The translations under genes and the position numbers were made by a program. This document shows positions 28,870 through 39,229 of a stretch of DNA of 64,000 nucleotides, piece after piece; the first letter of the stretch is position 1; each line of letters starts with the position of its first letter. Source of the DNA: Candidatus Poribacteria bacterium (GTDB lineage Bacteria; Poribacteria; WGA-4E; WGA-3G). The DNA is taken from NCBI GenBank assembly GCA_965214045.1, contig OZ243935.1, positions 2,663,231 through 2,727,230 on the forward strand, written 5' to 3'. Under the pieces are notes generated by a model. That model ran no database searches, was not told the DNA's origin, and saw only the letters and a list, made by a program, of their open reading frames with translations.

Positions 28870-29613
28870 TCAGGGAGATAAACCTAAAACTTCATAGGGA
28901 TCTAACCCTTCCGCCTCAAGGTCTAGCACCTTAATTCCTGGAGGGACTTCACCTTGAAACATCTGTTCCGGTGTCGGTAGAACATCCCCGCCTATCACGT
29001 CGCGGTAGTAATGAAAAAGGTTTCCATCAGTATCCGTTTGTGTCGCGCGTTTTGCGTATACGGTATTTGGGTAGTTGAGATAGACTCTTCCGTTCTCTAT
29101 TACCGCACCGACGAATCTGTGCCCCTCATTCCATTTTTTGACAGCAACGCGCAGCAGCAGCTCCATTTCAAGGCTATGATTTTCGGAAAATTCTGCTATC
29201 GGTGCACCTTCTGGAATTGGGGGATAAGCCCCTAATCCATGAGGAGAAACGCGCGCCTTGAGGGGGGCTTCCGCCAGGACCTCATCAGAAAAAAGCACAT
29301 CTGCCACATCACCACTATCCGTAGCGGTCCCCGGTTCCCTTACCGTTCCCTCAAACACGGTTTGCATCTCATCGGTTTCTTCAGGCGTGTCCACAAACCC
29401 GGGGGGTTCAGTCTCCGTCGGAATGTTATCGTCTTGTCTCGTGCGTGTCTTGTACTTGTTCTCGAGTGATTGCCCGGCTTGCTTTTCCCGTTCCAACTCG
29501 GCTTCACTGGTGCGGCGGACGTGCCAACTATAGATCCAACTGCCCCCGACAATCACAACAAAGAAAACGAATCCCGCTATGAGACTTCTACTGGGGAGAA
29601 TGTTACGGAACAT
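28870..29613 (-). CDS. Hypothetical membrane-anchored protein
   Basis: SD GGAGG before ATG 29613; N-terminal TM, acidic linker, VSPHGLGAYPPIP. Confidence 0.65.
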   Translation of the reverse strand: MFRNILPSRSLIAGFVFFVVIVGGSWIYSWHVRRTSEAELEREKQAGQSLENKYKTRTRQDDNIPTETEPPGFVDTPEETDEMQTVFEGTVREPGTATDSGDVADVLFSDEVLAEAPLKARVSPHGLGAYPPIPEGAPIAEFSENHSLEMELLLRVAVKKWNEGHRFVGAVIENGRVYLNYPNTVYAKRATQTDTDGNLFHYYRDVIGGDVLPTPEQMFQGEVPPGIKVLDLEAEGLDPYEVLGLSP

Positions 29614-29833
29614 GTTTACCTCCAAGGTTATTATTCATTCTACCAGTGCGGGGTCTATTGTAAAAAAACGCAAAAAAAAGTCAAGTTTTTTCGTTTCATG
29701 CACAGGACACTTCTTTAACTCAGAGGCGTTCGACTTTAACCAAACACCATTGTGAAATGAAATTATGCCTTAAATGGCATAATTTGTCTTTGCTTTACAT
29801 TTGGAACGATGCCCAGATTTAATAGTTTAAAAG

Positions 29834-32800
29834 CTATTCCGCAAACTTAGCAGAGACAATTTTCGAGATGCCCGCCTGTTCCATCGTCACACCGTACATA
29901 GCATCGGCAATTTCCATCGTGCGACGGTTGTGCGTGATGATGACGAACTGCGTATTCTCGGCATAAGCACGGATCAGATTGGTGAAGCGGAGGACATTCG
30001 CTTCGTCGAGCGCGGCATCGACTTCATCGAGCACACAGAAAGGACTCGGCTTGATTTTGAATACAGCAAACAGAAGTCCAATCGCCACCAACGAACGTTC
30101 TCCGCCAGAAAGCTGCGTGATGCTCTGTGGACGTTTACCTGGCGGACGAGCAATAATGTCAATGCCCGAATCGAGCACATCGGACGGATCCGTCAATAGC
30201 AATTCGGTTTCGCCGCCGCCAAAGAGTTGTGTAAAAACCTCTTGGAAGTTCGTCTGCACCTCTTCAAACGTCTTAAGAAACACGTCTCTCGATGTCTGGT
30301 TAATTTTCTGTATCGCCTGATAAGTGTCTTGCGTCGACTGTTCAAGATCAGCGCGCTGGGAAATAAGGAAATCGTAGCGTTTCTTATATTCCTCATAAGT
30401 CTCAATCGCTTTGAGATTTACTGCACCCATTCCAGAGAGTTCCGCTTTCAACTTTTCAATGCTATCCAACAGATCAATCTCGTCTATCGCTGGGTGGGAG
30501 GGGTTTGTAACCCCGAATTCCTTATCCGTTATCGGTGGTAGGGAATCAATCGAAACCTGATATTTATCGTGGATACGGGTTGAGACCGATTTTATGCGCA
30601 TCTCAAATTGTGTTGTAGCGACTTCGAGTTTATGACGCGTCCGGTTTTGTCTCTCAAAGTTTCTACGGGTGGCACGCATCTCCTTTTGGAGGACTTCTAC
30701 CTCCTGAAGGAGCGTCTCACGTTCTTCGGTCAACTCATCGACGCGTGATTCGGCTACGGCGCGATCCCCTTCTAAACGGAGGAACTCGCGTTGCGCCGCG
30801 GCTACCTGCTCCACGAGGTCGCTTTTTCTCTGTTCATCTGTGTCAATGATTGCTTGTTGTTCAACGATATCCTTTTCTATTCGCGCTTGTGTTTCCTTGA
30901 ACGTTTGGATTTCGGACGCTAAACCCTCAAGTTTCTGACGCTGGCCTGCCAAGAAAACTTCCATCTCCTGACAACTGCTCGCGACTTCAGCGTGTTTCCG
31001 GTTTTCGCTTTCAATCTGCTCGGACATGCGTTCAATCCATCGTTGGGTACGAGTCTTCTTTTGCGTCAACGCCTGGATTTCAGTTTCAAGTGCTTGTTGT
31101 TCTTCGCGCGATGCCGCTACTGCGGTGTCTAATTCTCGGTTTTCTGCCGCAACTGTAGTGAGTTGTTGTTCGAGCCGGATAACTTGGAGATTTGCCTGCT
31201 CTAAGTCTTTCGTCAATGACGCTTTTTCGACCCGTTTATCCTGCCACTGTGCGGTGAGCGTCTGCCGCGTTTTTTGCAGATTCGCTATTGCTGCGGCGTA
31301 TGCCTTACGCTTCTGATCCTTCTTATTCGAGTTTTGAGTCAACTTCCCAATCTCGTCCTCAAGCGTCTCAAGTTCCCGCGCACGACTGAGCAATCCGATC
31401 TGCTTCTGACCTGTTTGACCACCAGTGATGGCACCAGATGTATTAATGACTTCGCCGTCTAATGTGACGAGGCGGGCACTTGAACGGAACTGACGGGTCA
31501 GGGCGATTGCTGAATCCAAATCTTCAATAACGAGCGTATTGCCCAGTAAGTGTCGCATCGCAGTCTCGTATTTCGGGTCGTAATCGATCAATTCCTCAGC
31601 GATTCCGATAACACCGGGTTGGTCCAACAATTCCGTAGCCTCAAATCTACGTCCACGTAAAATATCCAGAGGGAGGAACGTTACTCTACCTGCGCGATGC
31701 TGTTTAAGGAAAGTGATACCCCTTTGTGCATCCTCAGCGGTTTCAGTAATTACATTCTGGATAGCACTCCCGAGAGCCACCTCTATTGCAACTTCATACT
31801 CGGTACCCGTTGTGACAAGTTCGGCAACGACACCGCACACGCCTTGAAACTGGTCGGCGTAGTGGGTTTTCGCCCGCATGATTGCTCGTACACCGGCATA
31901 GTATCCTTCATACGCAGATTGCAATTCCTGTAATGATTTGAGCCGTGAGACATTGGCACCTAAGGTGTTTTGTAGGTCTCGGATTTCGGCTTCAATCTTA
32001 CGGAGCGCATCTTGATTCTCTTGAAGGTCTGTCTCTACCTGATTTTTCTCAGTTTCGATGTGAACGAGTGTTGCCTTCAAGTGTGTTTCGGCATGCTGAA
32101 TTTCATCACGAGTATCGTTGGCAGTACTAAGTTCAGCCGTCAATGCCATCTTATTTTCTTTCAGGCGGTTGAGGTTTCCTTCGGTATTCGTCAACGTATG
32201 CTCGATCGTCAAGCGTTCGCGTTCGCGTTCTGTCAACTCCGTTGTAATTTCTTGTAAGGCAATTTGTGCTTCTTGTACAGCATCTTTGGCACCACTGATC
32301 CGTTCAGCGAGTTCTGTTAGAAGTTGCTGACGTGCTGCCAATCGGCTCTCTTCTATCTTACAGGATGCCTCAAGTTTCTGATATTCTTGATTTCGTTCCC
32401 GCTGCTGTGTCAGTATGCCTGTTTGTTGTGATTTTAAGGATTCAAGCGTTTGGAATGCCCGTTCCCGCTCCCGTTGGATGTTGAGTTGGCGTTCCTTGTG
32501 GAGCACTATCTGACGTTCGATTTGCTCAATTTGTGATTCAATCTCGCGAAGTGCTGTTTGTCCTTCACGTATAGCTTCATCTAACTCAGATCGGCGGTTT
32601 GTGGAGTTCTCAATGCGTTCTTCAGCGGTTTTAAGGGTTTCAGAAGCATTCGCAACAGTGGCTAAGACCTCATCCAGGTCGGCTTGGGCTTGGTTATAAT
32701 CTGTACGGAGTTTATCATATTCTCGGTGCGCGAGTTCTAACTCAAGCTGCTTTAACTGCGCTTGTTGTTTATTATAGTGATGTGCCTGTTCTGCTTGTTC

Positions 32801-33442
32801 CTTGAGGGACTCAGTTTCGCGCTGTAACTCCTGAATCACATCGTTGATACGGGCGAGGTTTTGTTCGGTCTGTTCAAGTTTACGGAGTGCCGTTTTCTTA
32901 CGGTGTTTATACTTGGTGATGCCGGCAACCTCATCGAATAGGAACCGACGTTCTTCGGGGCGGACGTTCAGGATCAAATCAATCTTACTCTGTTCCATAA
33001 CAGAGTAAGCATCTACGCCGATACCTGTGTCCATGAAGAGTTCGCTGATGTCTCGGAGACGACACGGTTTCTGATTAATCAGATAGCGGCTTTCACCGTT
33101 ACGACCGAGGTGGCGAGACACCTCAACTCCTGGAGATGCCAAGGCAAGTTCAGGAGCATCTTGTGGGTGGGCATCAGGATTTCCATTTGAAAAGCACAGT
33201 GCTACCTCTGTTTTCTGCGCGGGCGCGAAATTAGCACCACCGTTGAAAAGTAGATCGCGCATAGAGGTACATCGAAGCGAACGAGCACTCTGTTCCCCCA
33301 GCACCCATCGAATTGCATCGGAAACGTTGCTTTTTCCACAACCGTTGGGTCCGACAATAGTAGTGATACCGGGTTCAAGTATAAACTCAATTTCTTCGGC
33401 GAAACTCTTAAATCCACGAATTTTGATGCTATTTAAGTGCAA
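29834..33442 (-). CDS. smc: Chromosome segregation protein SMC
   Basis: GFKSF, GPNGCGKSN, hinge GRVTFLPL, LSGGE, LDEVDAALD. Confidence 0.97.
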   Translation of the reverse strand: MHLNSIKIRGFKSFAEEIEFILEPGITTIVGPNGCGKSNVSDAIRWVLGEQSARSLRCTSMRDLLFNGGANFAPAQKTEVALCFSNGNPDAHPQDAPELALASPGVEVSRHLGRNGESRYLINQKPCRLRDISELFMDTGIGVDAYSVMEQSKIDLILNVRPEERRFLFDEVAGITKYKHRKKTALRKLEQTEQNLARINDVIQELQRETESLKEQAEQAHHYNKQQAQLKQLELELAHREYDKLRTDYNQAQADLDEVLATVANASETLKTAEERIENSTNRRSELDEAIREGQTALREIESQIEQIERQIVLHKERQLNIQRERERAFQTLESLKSQQTGILTQQRERNQEYQKLEASCKIEESRLAARQQLLTELAERISGAKDAVQEAQIALQEITTELTERERERLTIEHTLTNTEGNLNRLKENKMALTAELSTANDTRDEIQHAETHLKATLVHIETEKNQVETDLQENQDALRKIEAEIRDLQNTLGANVSRLKSLQELQSAYEGYYAGVRAIMRAKTHYADQFQGVCGVVAELVTTGTEYEVAIEVALGSAIQNVITETAEDAQRGITFLKQHRAGRVTFLPLDILRGRRFEATELLDQPGVIGIAEELIDYDPKYETAMRHLLGNTLVIEDLDSAIALTRQFRSSARLVTLDGEVINTSGAITGGQTGQKQIGLLSRARELETLEDEIGKLTQNSNKKDQKRKAYAAAIANLQKTRQTLTAQWQDKRVEKASLTKDLEQANLQVIRLEQQLTTVAAENRELDTAVAASREEQQALETEIQALTQKKTRTQRWIERMSEQIESENRKHAEVASSCQEMEVFLAGQRQKLEGLASEIQTFKETQARIEKDIVEQQAIIDTDEQRKSDLVEQVAAAQREFLRLEGDRAVAESRVDELTEERETLLQEVEVLQKEMRATRRNFERQNRTRHKLEVATTQFEMRIKSVSTRIHDKYQVSIDSLPPITDKEFGVTNPSHPAIDEIDLLDSIEKLKAELSGMGAVNLKAIETYEEYKKRYDFLISQRADLEQSTQDTYQAIQKINQTSRDVFLKTFEEVQTNFQEVFTQLFGGGETELLLTDPSDVLDSGIDIIARPPGKRPQSITQLSGGERSLVAIGLLFAVFKIKPSPFCVLDEVDAALDEANVLRFTNLIRAYAENTQFVIITHNRRTMEIADAMYGVTMEQAGISKIVSAKFAE

Positions 33443-33610
33443 AGGTTAACCTCCCACTATAAATTTAGATGATTATCGAAATGATAAGCAGTTTTTTTAA
33501 GATGTGACTTTCAAACATTCGCCTTACAATGCGAAGGTGTGCCTGCATCCTTAGTTATAGCGTGAACCTTCATATAATACGCAATATAAATGAAAAAAGT
33601 TTCACGATTC

Positions 33611-34363
33611 TTAATTGTCCAGGGTTCTCGCCAGTGTTAGAACATCGACTTCAACTGGATCGGCAGTCCATAATTCACTGACGATTTCACGAATCGTAGC
33701 ACCCGTGGTGAAAACATCATCAAAGATCAGGAGTCGTTTTCCGCGGATAATATCTGGGTTCCGGATTTCAAAAGCACCGATCAGATTCTGCTGGCGCGCT
33801 TCTCTATCCAAACTGCTTTGTGCGATTGTGTGTCGCTTCCGAATCAGCGTATTCGCGAGAATAGGCACCCCTCCCGCTTTTGCTATTCCATTGGCAAGGA
33901 GCGTCGCCTGATTGAAACCGCGTTCCCGCAGCCGTTTCTTATGAATTGGAACGGGCAAGATAAAGTCGTATGCCGCAATGCTACAGTCCGACGGGATATG
34001 GGCATTTATCAGTTGAATTAGGTGTCGGGCAAACACCTTTTTCTTTTCAAATTTAAAGAAGTGTATTCCTTGTTGGAGTGTCGTCTGGTAGAATGCTACG
34101 GATCTCAGTTTCCCATAGCGCGGTGGGGTCGTAGCACACGCGTCGCACAGTCCTTTAATACCCGGCGTGCCACATATATCGCACCACGGTCCTTCGAGGA
34201 ATTGGATATCCTGCCAGCAGTTCTCACAGATATATGGTATAGACGTAGCCCCAAGAAATTCCTCACAGACCCGACACTCTGCAGGATAGAGGAAGTTGAT
34301 TGCAGTTTCGTACATATCCCGCAATAGAATGGGGACTTGTGTGCCAATTGACGTTGATCCCAT
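33611..34363 (-). CDS. comF: ComF family double zinc-ribbon/phosphoribosyltransferase protein
   Basis: Four CxxC pairs, PVPIH..R..ERGFNQ, DDVFTTGAT. Confidence 0.92.
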   Translation of the reverse strand: MGSTSIGTQVPILLRDMYETAINFLYPAECRVCEEFLGATSIPYICENCWQDIQFLEGPWCDICGTPGIKGLCDACATTPPRYGKLRSVAFYQTTLQQGIHFFKFEKKKVFARHLIQLINAHIPSDCSIAAYDFILPVPIHKKRLRERGFNQATLLANGIAKAGGVPILANTLIRKRHTIAQSSLDREARQQNLIGAFEIRNPDIIRGKRLLIFDDVFTTGATIREIVSELWTADPVEVDVLTLARTLDN

Positions 34364-34403
34364 AAAACGCTACCTGACTGAAATTAGAAGTTATTATATA
34401 ATA

Positions 34404-34432
34404 AGTTTAACACAAGAAGTTTTTAATGTCAA
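34404..34432 (-). promoter_or_regulatory. Sigma70 promoter of comF
   Basis: TTGACA-17 nt-TAAACT. Confidence 0.55.
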
Positions 34433-34656
34433 GTAATTATTAAGGAGAGGCACTTGTAAGCAGTGGCGCGCCAAATTCAATGTGTCGGGAACCTCCAATC
34501 CGATTTCGCGTCAATCGCAGCATCGCGGCGGTGCGAACGGATGGTTCGCGTGGTGCTTGACACGGTGATAACTGCTTTGTGTTTGTCGCGGCAGTTGTGG
34601 ATTTTATTTCCCAATCAGTCGTTTTGGACGTGGAAGTTCCATTTTTTTTCACCGGA

Positions 34657-34684
34657 TGTAACGTTTCGCCTAAAAATTGTGTCT
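34657..34684 (+). promoter_or_regulatory. Candidate ECF-type (possibly autoregulated) promoter
   Basis: TGTAAC...GTCT upstream of an ECF sigma gene. Confidence 0.4.
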
Positions 34685-34822
34685 TTATATAGTGTCATCA
34701 GTTGTCGTAAAGAAATTGTGTGAACCGTAGTGCAGGGCACACCGTCCGAGGCTCACTCTCGAAGTGGGCGTTTTTTTGCACATACATATCGGTCTATTTT
34801 CGCGCCGGCAGGAGGAACCGCT

Positions 34823-36193
34823 GTGGAAACACAAGACGATGTTCAGTTGATTCACGCCGTTTTATCAGGCGATGAGACAGCATTCGACATTTTAATGGGA
34901 AGATACCAAAAGAGTATTCACACCTACGTGTGGCAGAAAATCGGTGATTTCCGCGACGTGGAAGAAATTACACAAGATACCTTCTTCCGCGCCTATCAGA
35001 AGCTTTCAACACTGAGAGAGCCAAGCCAGTTTCTGCCGTGGTTGTTCGTCATTGCGAAGAATCTGTGTCTGAATCGGCTCCGCGATCAACACCGCGGCAT
35101 ACAATCGCAATCGTTCGAGGACACCCCCAGAGGAGAACTCGCGGCATCTGCTTACACGCGTTACGTCTCAGAACAGCGCGAGACGGAAGCCACCGAACAT
35201 CGTTCTGAAATCATCGAAAAACTTTTGGAAAAATTGTCCGAGGGTGAACGCACCGTGATAATGCTGCATTATCTCGGTGGAATACCAACGAAGGAGATTA
35301 GCAAATCCGAGGGAGTGTCGGAGGAGGCAATACGGACGCGCCTCCATCGCGCCCGCAAACGGCTCAAAGAGGAAGGCGTAGACGTGATCGAAGAGGTTTC
35401 TGGGGGCGTGCAGATACCGGCGCGGATCAAGCAGAACGTCATGCGAAGAATTGTTGACCTGAAGCCGAGACCTGCTCCGAAACGGCAACCGTTTTTGCCG
35501 TGGGTGGCTATTGGCACTGCTGTGGTTGTCGCACTCGTATTGCTGCTGAGTGTCAGGAACGTATACCTCCCGCATCTTCAGAAACTTTACAGTCTCTATT
35601 TTGCGGGCGATGCTGAAAGGCGTTTTGATGCCGATTTTACCCTAACGCTCGGAACCCATAGGAGTGGTGCTGATCTGTTAGATGCCCTGCGGGAAGAAAA
35701 AATCAAGATCAGCGGATGGTCGGAGCAAATCCTTGAAAACCCGGATTTTCCGGTGGTGGCATCGGAAATGACGGTTGAGATTGTTGTTGTTTCTATGCTG
35801 GAGTTAGGGTTTGCGGAGGGGGAGCTCGCTTCGGTTGCGACGATTTATGATCGGGCAAGACAGATGGGACTTGAAACGTGCCCGGCTGAGACAGCTGCGC
35901 AGTTGCGTCTGCAATTTCAGGACCAGCCGGACTGGACGACTGAGGATCGGCTGTCAGGGTTTTTCGTTGCGAGTGAACCGCTGGTGCTGACGCGTGAGGG
36001 CTTGCCGAAGATTTTCAGTGTCGTCTCGGATGATAAATACGCGCCCCCTGACACGGGTCTCATTCTGTGGTTGATTGCCAATGGCACCGTTGATCCGAGC
36101 ATCGATGCGGAGGATCCGTCGAGACTGTTTAACGCCTCCGATCCTGAAGGGCGTGACCTCAGAGGTTGTTTCGCGTTCGTTCTTCCGAAATAG
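34823..36193 (+). CDS. ECF sigma factor fused to a TM helix and a C-terminal domain
   Basis: SD AGGAGG before GTG 34823; sigma2 (EEITQDTFFRAY...WLFVIAKN), sigma4 (IRTRLHRARKRL), TM WVAIGTAVVVALVLLL. Confidence 0.85.
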   Translation: METQDDVQLIHAVLSGDETAFDILMGRYQKSIHTYVWQKIGDFRDVEEITQDTFFRAYQKLSTLREPSQFLPWLFVIAKNLCLNRLRDQHRGIQSQSFEDTPRGELAASAYTRYVSEQRETEATEHRSEIIEKLLEKLSEGERTVIMLHYLGGIPTKEISKSEGVSEEAIRTRLHRARKRLKEEGVDVIEEVSGGVQIPARIKQNVMRRIVDLKPRPAPKRQPFLPWVAIGTAVVVALVLLLSVRNVYLPHLQKLYSLYFAGDAERRFDADFTLTLGTHRSGADLLDALREEKIKISGWSEQILENPDFPVVASEMTVEIVVVSMLELGFAEGELASVATIYDRARQMGLETCPAETAAQLRLQFQDQPDWTTEDRLSGFFVASEPLVLTREGLPKIFSVVSDDKYAPPDTGLILWLIANGTVDPSIDAEDPSRLFNASDPEGRDLRGCFAFVLPK

Positions 36194-36224
36194 AGAGGAG
36201 ACAGCCCGATTTTCACAATTCACC

Positions 36225-36322
36225 AGGACTTACGCAAATTAGGGACTTTTTCACTTTACCTCCTAAATCCCCCCGCAAGCAGGGGGAAACGTGTCGGTTT
36301 TGGGGACAACTGCGTAAGTTCT
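36225..36322. mobile_element. MITE-like element
   Basis: Terminal IR aggacttacgca / tgcgtaagttct with internal hairpin tcccccc-gcaagc-aggggga. Confidence 0.65.
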
Positions 36323-36343
36323 ATTCACGTTACAGGAGAAATT

Positions 36344-36988
36344 ATGACAAGCAGAAACTTTTTCAGAATGACTTCAATTGTTGTTTTAATGGGATGTGTC
36401 GCCTTTGTATCCTGTGACCGTGCCCAGCAAATGGTGCATCCGGTTTTGCCGAATGCGGACGTGAGGGCACCCAGTGAGATGAGAGAGATGAACGACCCCG
36501 CTCTGACAGGACCTTCGATCGTTATTAACGAACTGATGGCAGACAATGACAATACCGTCGTTGACTCACAAGGTGACTACGACGATTGGCTGGAGTTACA
36601 CAACCTCACCGATACCCCTGTCCTGCTCACTGGAATGTATCTTTCCGACAAAGCAGACGAGCCCACGAAATGGGCGTTTCCTGAAAACACGGAAATCCCA
36701 GCAAATGGGTACTTAGTTGTGTGGTTAGATGATGACGAAGGTGCCTCGGAAGGGCTGCACGCTAACTTTAAGCTGTCTAAAAATGGTGAAACCGCGATGC
36801 TTGTAGATACCGATGCACGCGATAATCAGGTATTGGACAGCATCGCTTTTGGAGAACAGGGAACAGATGTTGCCTTCGGACGCTGGCCGGATGGCACCGG
36901 CGATTTCCAAGTTGTATTGGCAACCCCTGGAACAGAAAACAAGATAGAGTACCCTACACAGAGAATTGCTGACAATGGAGCAGAGTGA
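36344..36988 (+). CDS. Lamin tail domain lipoprotein
   Basis: Lipobox FVSC; VINELMADN...DDWLELHN...LSD...GYLVVW...NFKLSKNGE...TPG. Confidence 0.85.
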   Translation: MTSRNFFRMTSIVVLMGCVAFVSCDRAQQMVHPVLPNADVRAPSEMREMNDPALTGPSIVINELMADNDNTVVDSQGDYDDWLELHNLTDTPVLLTGMYLSDKADEPTKWAFPENTEIPANGYLVVWLDDDEGASEGLHANFKLSKNGETAMLVDTDARDNQVLDSIAFGEQGTDVAFGRWPDGTGDFQVVLATPGTENKIEYPTQRIADNGAE

Positions 36989-39012
36989 AATTATTTATGA
37001 CTGACTTAAAACGCAGATGTCCTTTCATCGAGAACTGGGGATGCCTCGGTTTCCCCAGTTTGATCTTCATCGCCTTCGTGTTCTTTTTCGCACCCCACCC
37101 GATAGCCATCGCACAGACCGTTGACATTCCAGATGCCAACCTCCGCGGTGTTCTCGAGTTGGCATTGGGCAAAGAGGGCGGTACGGATATTACGCAGGCG
37201 GATATGGCGAGTTTGAAATCGATTAAGGTTTCCCGCTCCGGTGTTAGCGATCTCACCGGACTTGAATTTGCTGTCAATTTGACTGAGCTGCGCTTACGCT
37301 TCAATCAGATATCGGATGTGTCACCCCTTAAAGATTTACCAAAGCTGACATTTTTGGCTCTGGGTGTTGGGCGGATAGCGGATGTATCGCCTCTGAAAAA
37401 CATGACAAACTTGACGCATCTCTTTCTGGGTTTCAACCAGATAATAGATGTGGCCCCTCTCGAAAATTTGACGAACTTGATACATTTGAATGTTGAGGGT
37501 AACGAGATAACAGACTTAGACCCCCTCAAAAATATGACGAACTTGCGAGATCTGAATGTGTCAACCAACCAAATATCGGATGTATCCCCCCTCAGAAATA
37601 TGACAAAACTCAGGTTCCTGGATATTGACAAAAACCAGATATCGGACGTATCGCCACTCGTAGATTTGACAGAATTGACCAGCGAACTCGACGCTTCAGA
37701 TAATCAGATATCGGATGTATCCCCCCTCAGAAATATGACAAAACTCATAGTACTGGATCTTGACAGCAATCAGATATCAGATGTGTCTTCCCTCAAAGAT
37801 TTGGTAAACTTGAAACGCTTGGATCTTCACGGCAACCAGATATCGGATCTCTCGCCGCTGAGTCCTATGAGAAAACTGAGCTTCTTGGATTTGGATGACA
37901 ATCAGATATCGGATCTGTCACCACTGAGCAACTTAAGAAACTTGGTTTTTCTCGATTTAGATGGCAACCAAATATTAGACCTGTCGCCACTGAGCACCTT
38001 GAGGAAACTCACAGAACTCGATTTAGATGATAATGAGATACTGATCGACATATCGCCGCTTAGCATTTTGGGAAATCTGACGGTCCTTGATATTCATGGT
38101 AACAAGGTATCGGATCTGTCACCGCTGAGCACTTTGACAAGACTTATAGACTTGGATTTAGATGATAACCAGATATCGGATATATCACCCCTCAAAAGCT
38201 TGATACACCTGACACAGCTGGACCTTCACGATAACCAAATATCGGATGTGACCCCTCTCAAACATTTGGTCAACCTGACAGTCTTAAACCTGAGCAGCAA
38301 CCATATCACAGATTTTTCACCGATCGCCGGATTGATCGAAAATCTGCTCGTATATGATACCCGCGATCAAACAGCACGCTCCGTCACGTCCGAGGATGTG
38401 AACCGCGATGGTATCGTTGATGTTGAAGATCTCGTGACGGTCGCCTCGAGTTTCGGAAAAGCCGTCGCGAACGGGGCATCTCCGAACCCAGACGTTAACG
38501 GGGATAGCGTGGTGGATCGTCAGGACATTTTAGCGGTTCTCCGCGTGTTAGAGGCTCGGACAGGTGCGCCGTCAAGGGTGCCGATACTGACAGCCGAGCA
38601 GCTGCAGCACTGGATTGATGCCGCGAAACGGCTTGACGCCACACGTGAAGTCTTCCAAGAAGGGATTGCGGTGCTCGAACACCTCTTGTCAACTTTGGGA
38701 CCCTCGGTAGAGATGCCGAGAGAAACCGCAGTCTTGGCAAACTATCCGAATCCGTTTAACCCGGAGACGTGGATCCCTTACCAACTTGTAGCGGATAGCG
38801 ATGTGAGATTGCTGATTTATGATATCCGTGGTAGTATCGTTCGCGAGTTAGCCCTTGGACACATTCCCGCGGGCGTTTATACGGATAAAAGTCGTGCCGC
38901 CTACTGGGATGGCAAGAATGCTCAAGGCGAACCTGTCGCAAGTGGCGTGTATTTCTATACATTGATAGCGGATGATTTCACGGCTACGCGCAAACTGCTG
39001 ATACGGAAGTAA
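36985..39012 (+). CDS. Internalin-like LRR protein with dockerin-like and FlgD-Ig/secretion-tail domains
   Basis: About 16-17 22-aa LRRs (NQISDVSPL); DVNRDGIVDVEDL / DVNGDSVVD; NYPNPFNPETWIPYQL...WDGKN...SGVYFY. Confidence 0.9.
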   Translation: MKLFMTDLKRRCPFIENWGCLGFPSLIFIAFVFFFAPHPIAIAQTVDIPDANLRGVLELALGKEGGTDITQADMASLKSIKVSRSGVSDLTGLEFAVNLTELRLRFNQISDVSPLKDLPKLTFLALGVGRIADVSPLKNMTNLTHLFLGFNQIIDVAPLENLTNLIHLNVEGNEITDLDPLKNMTNLRDLNVSTNQISDVSPLRNMTKLRFLDIDKNQISDVSPLVDLTELTSELDASDNQISDVSPLRNMTKLIVLDLDSNQISDVSSLKDLVNLKRLDLHGNQISDLSPLSPMRKLSFLDLDDNQISDLSPLSNLRNLVFLDLDGNQILDLSPLSTLRKLTELDLDDNEILIDISPLSILGNLTVLDIHGNKVSDLSPLSTLTRLIDLDLDDNQISDISPLKSLIHLTQLDLHDNQISDVTPLKHLVNLTVLNLSSNHITDFSPIAGLIENLLVYDTRDQTARSVTSEDVNRDGIVDVEDLVTVASSFGKAVANGASPNPDVNGDSVVDRQDILAVLRVLEARTGAPSRVPILTAEQLQHWIDAAKRLDATREVFQEGIAVLEHLLSTLGPSVEMPRETAVLANYPNPFNPETWIPYQLVADSDVRLLIYDIRGSIVRELALGHIPAGVYTDKSRAAYWDGKNAQGEPVASGVYFYTLIADDFTATRKLLIRK

Positions 39013-39056
39013 CCTGAATCTGTGCTTTACCTGCAAGCCGTCACTGTTCTGCGAAA

Positions 39057-39090
39057 TGTGTGTAAGTGCTATCCGCAGCACTTTACACAT
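39057..39090 (+). terminator. Hairpin downstream of the LRR gene
   Basis: tgtgtaagtgct-atccgc-agcactttacaca inverted repeat; no clear U-tract. Confidence 0.35.
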
Positions 39091-39229
39091 CCGGGCCCCG
39101 GTCAAGTTTCACGTGGAGGATCTGCCCAGGTTCAAGAGTTCTTAGGACTTGATTGACGCGGGACAGAGCGGGTCGAGCGTAACGCATTCCAACAACCAAT
39201 AACTGAAGATTTCTTCAGGGAGAAAAAAT

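Noticed and set aside
29761-29784. Perfect inverted repeat aattatgcc-ttaaat-ggcataatt after smc
   Set aside because: Single occurrence; cannot distinguish terminator from operator, so no function assigned
37290-38330. Regularly spaced ~66-bp repeats (cagatatcggat...) resembling a CRISPR array
   Set aside because: They are in-frame LRR coding units with similar 'spacers', and no cas genes are present
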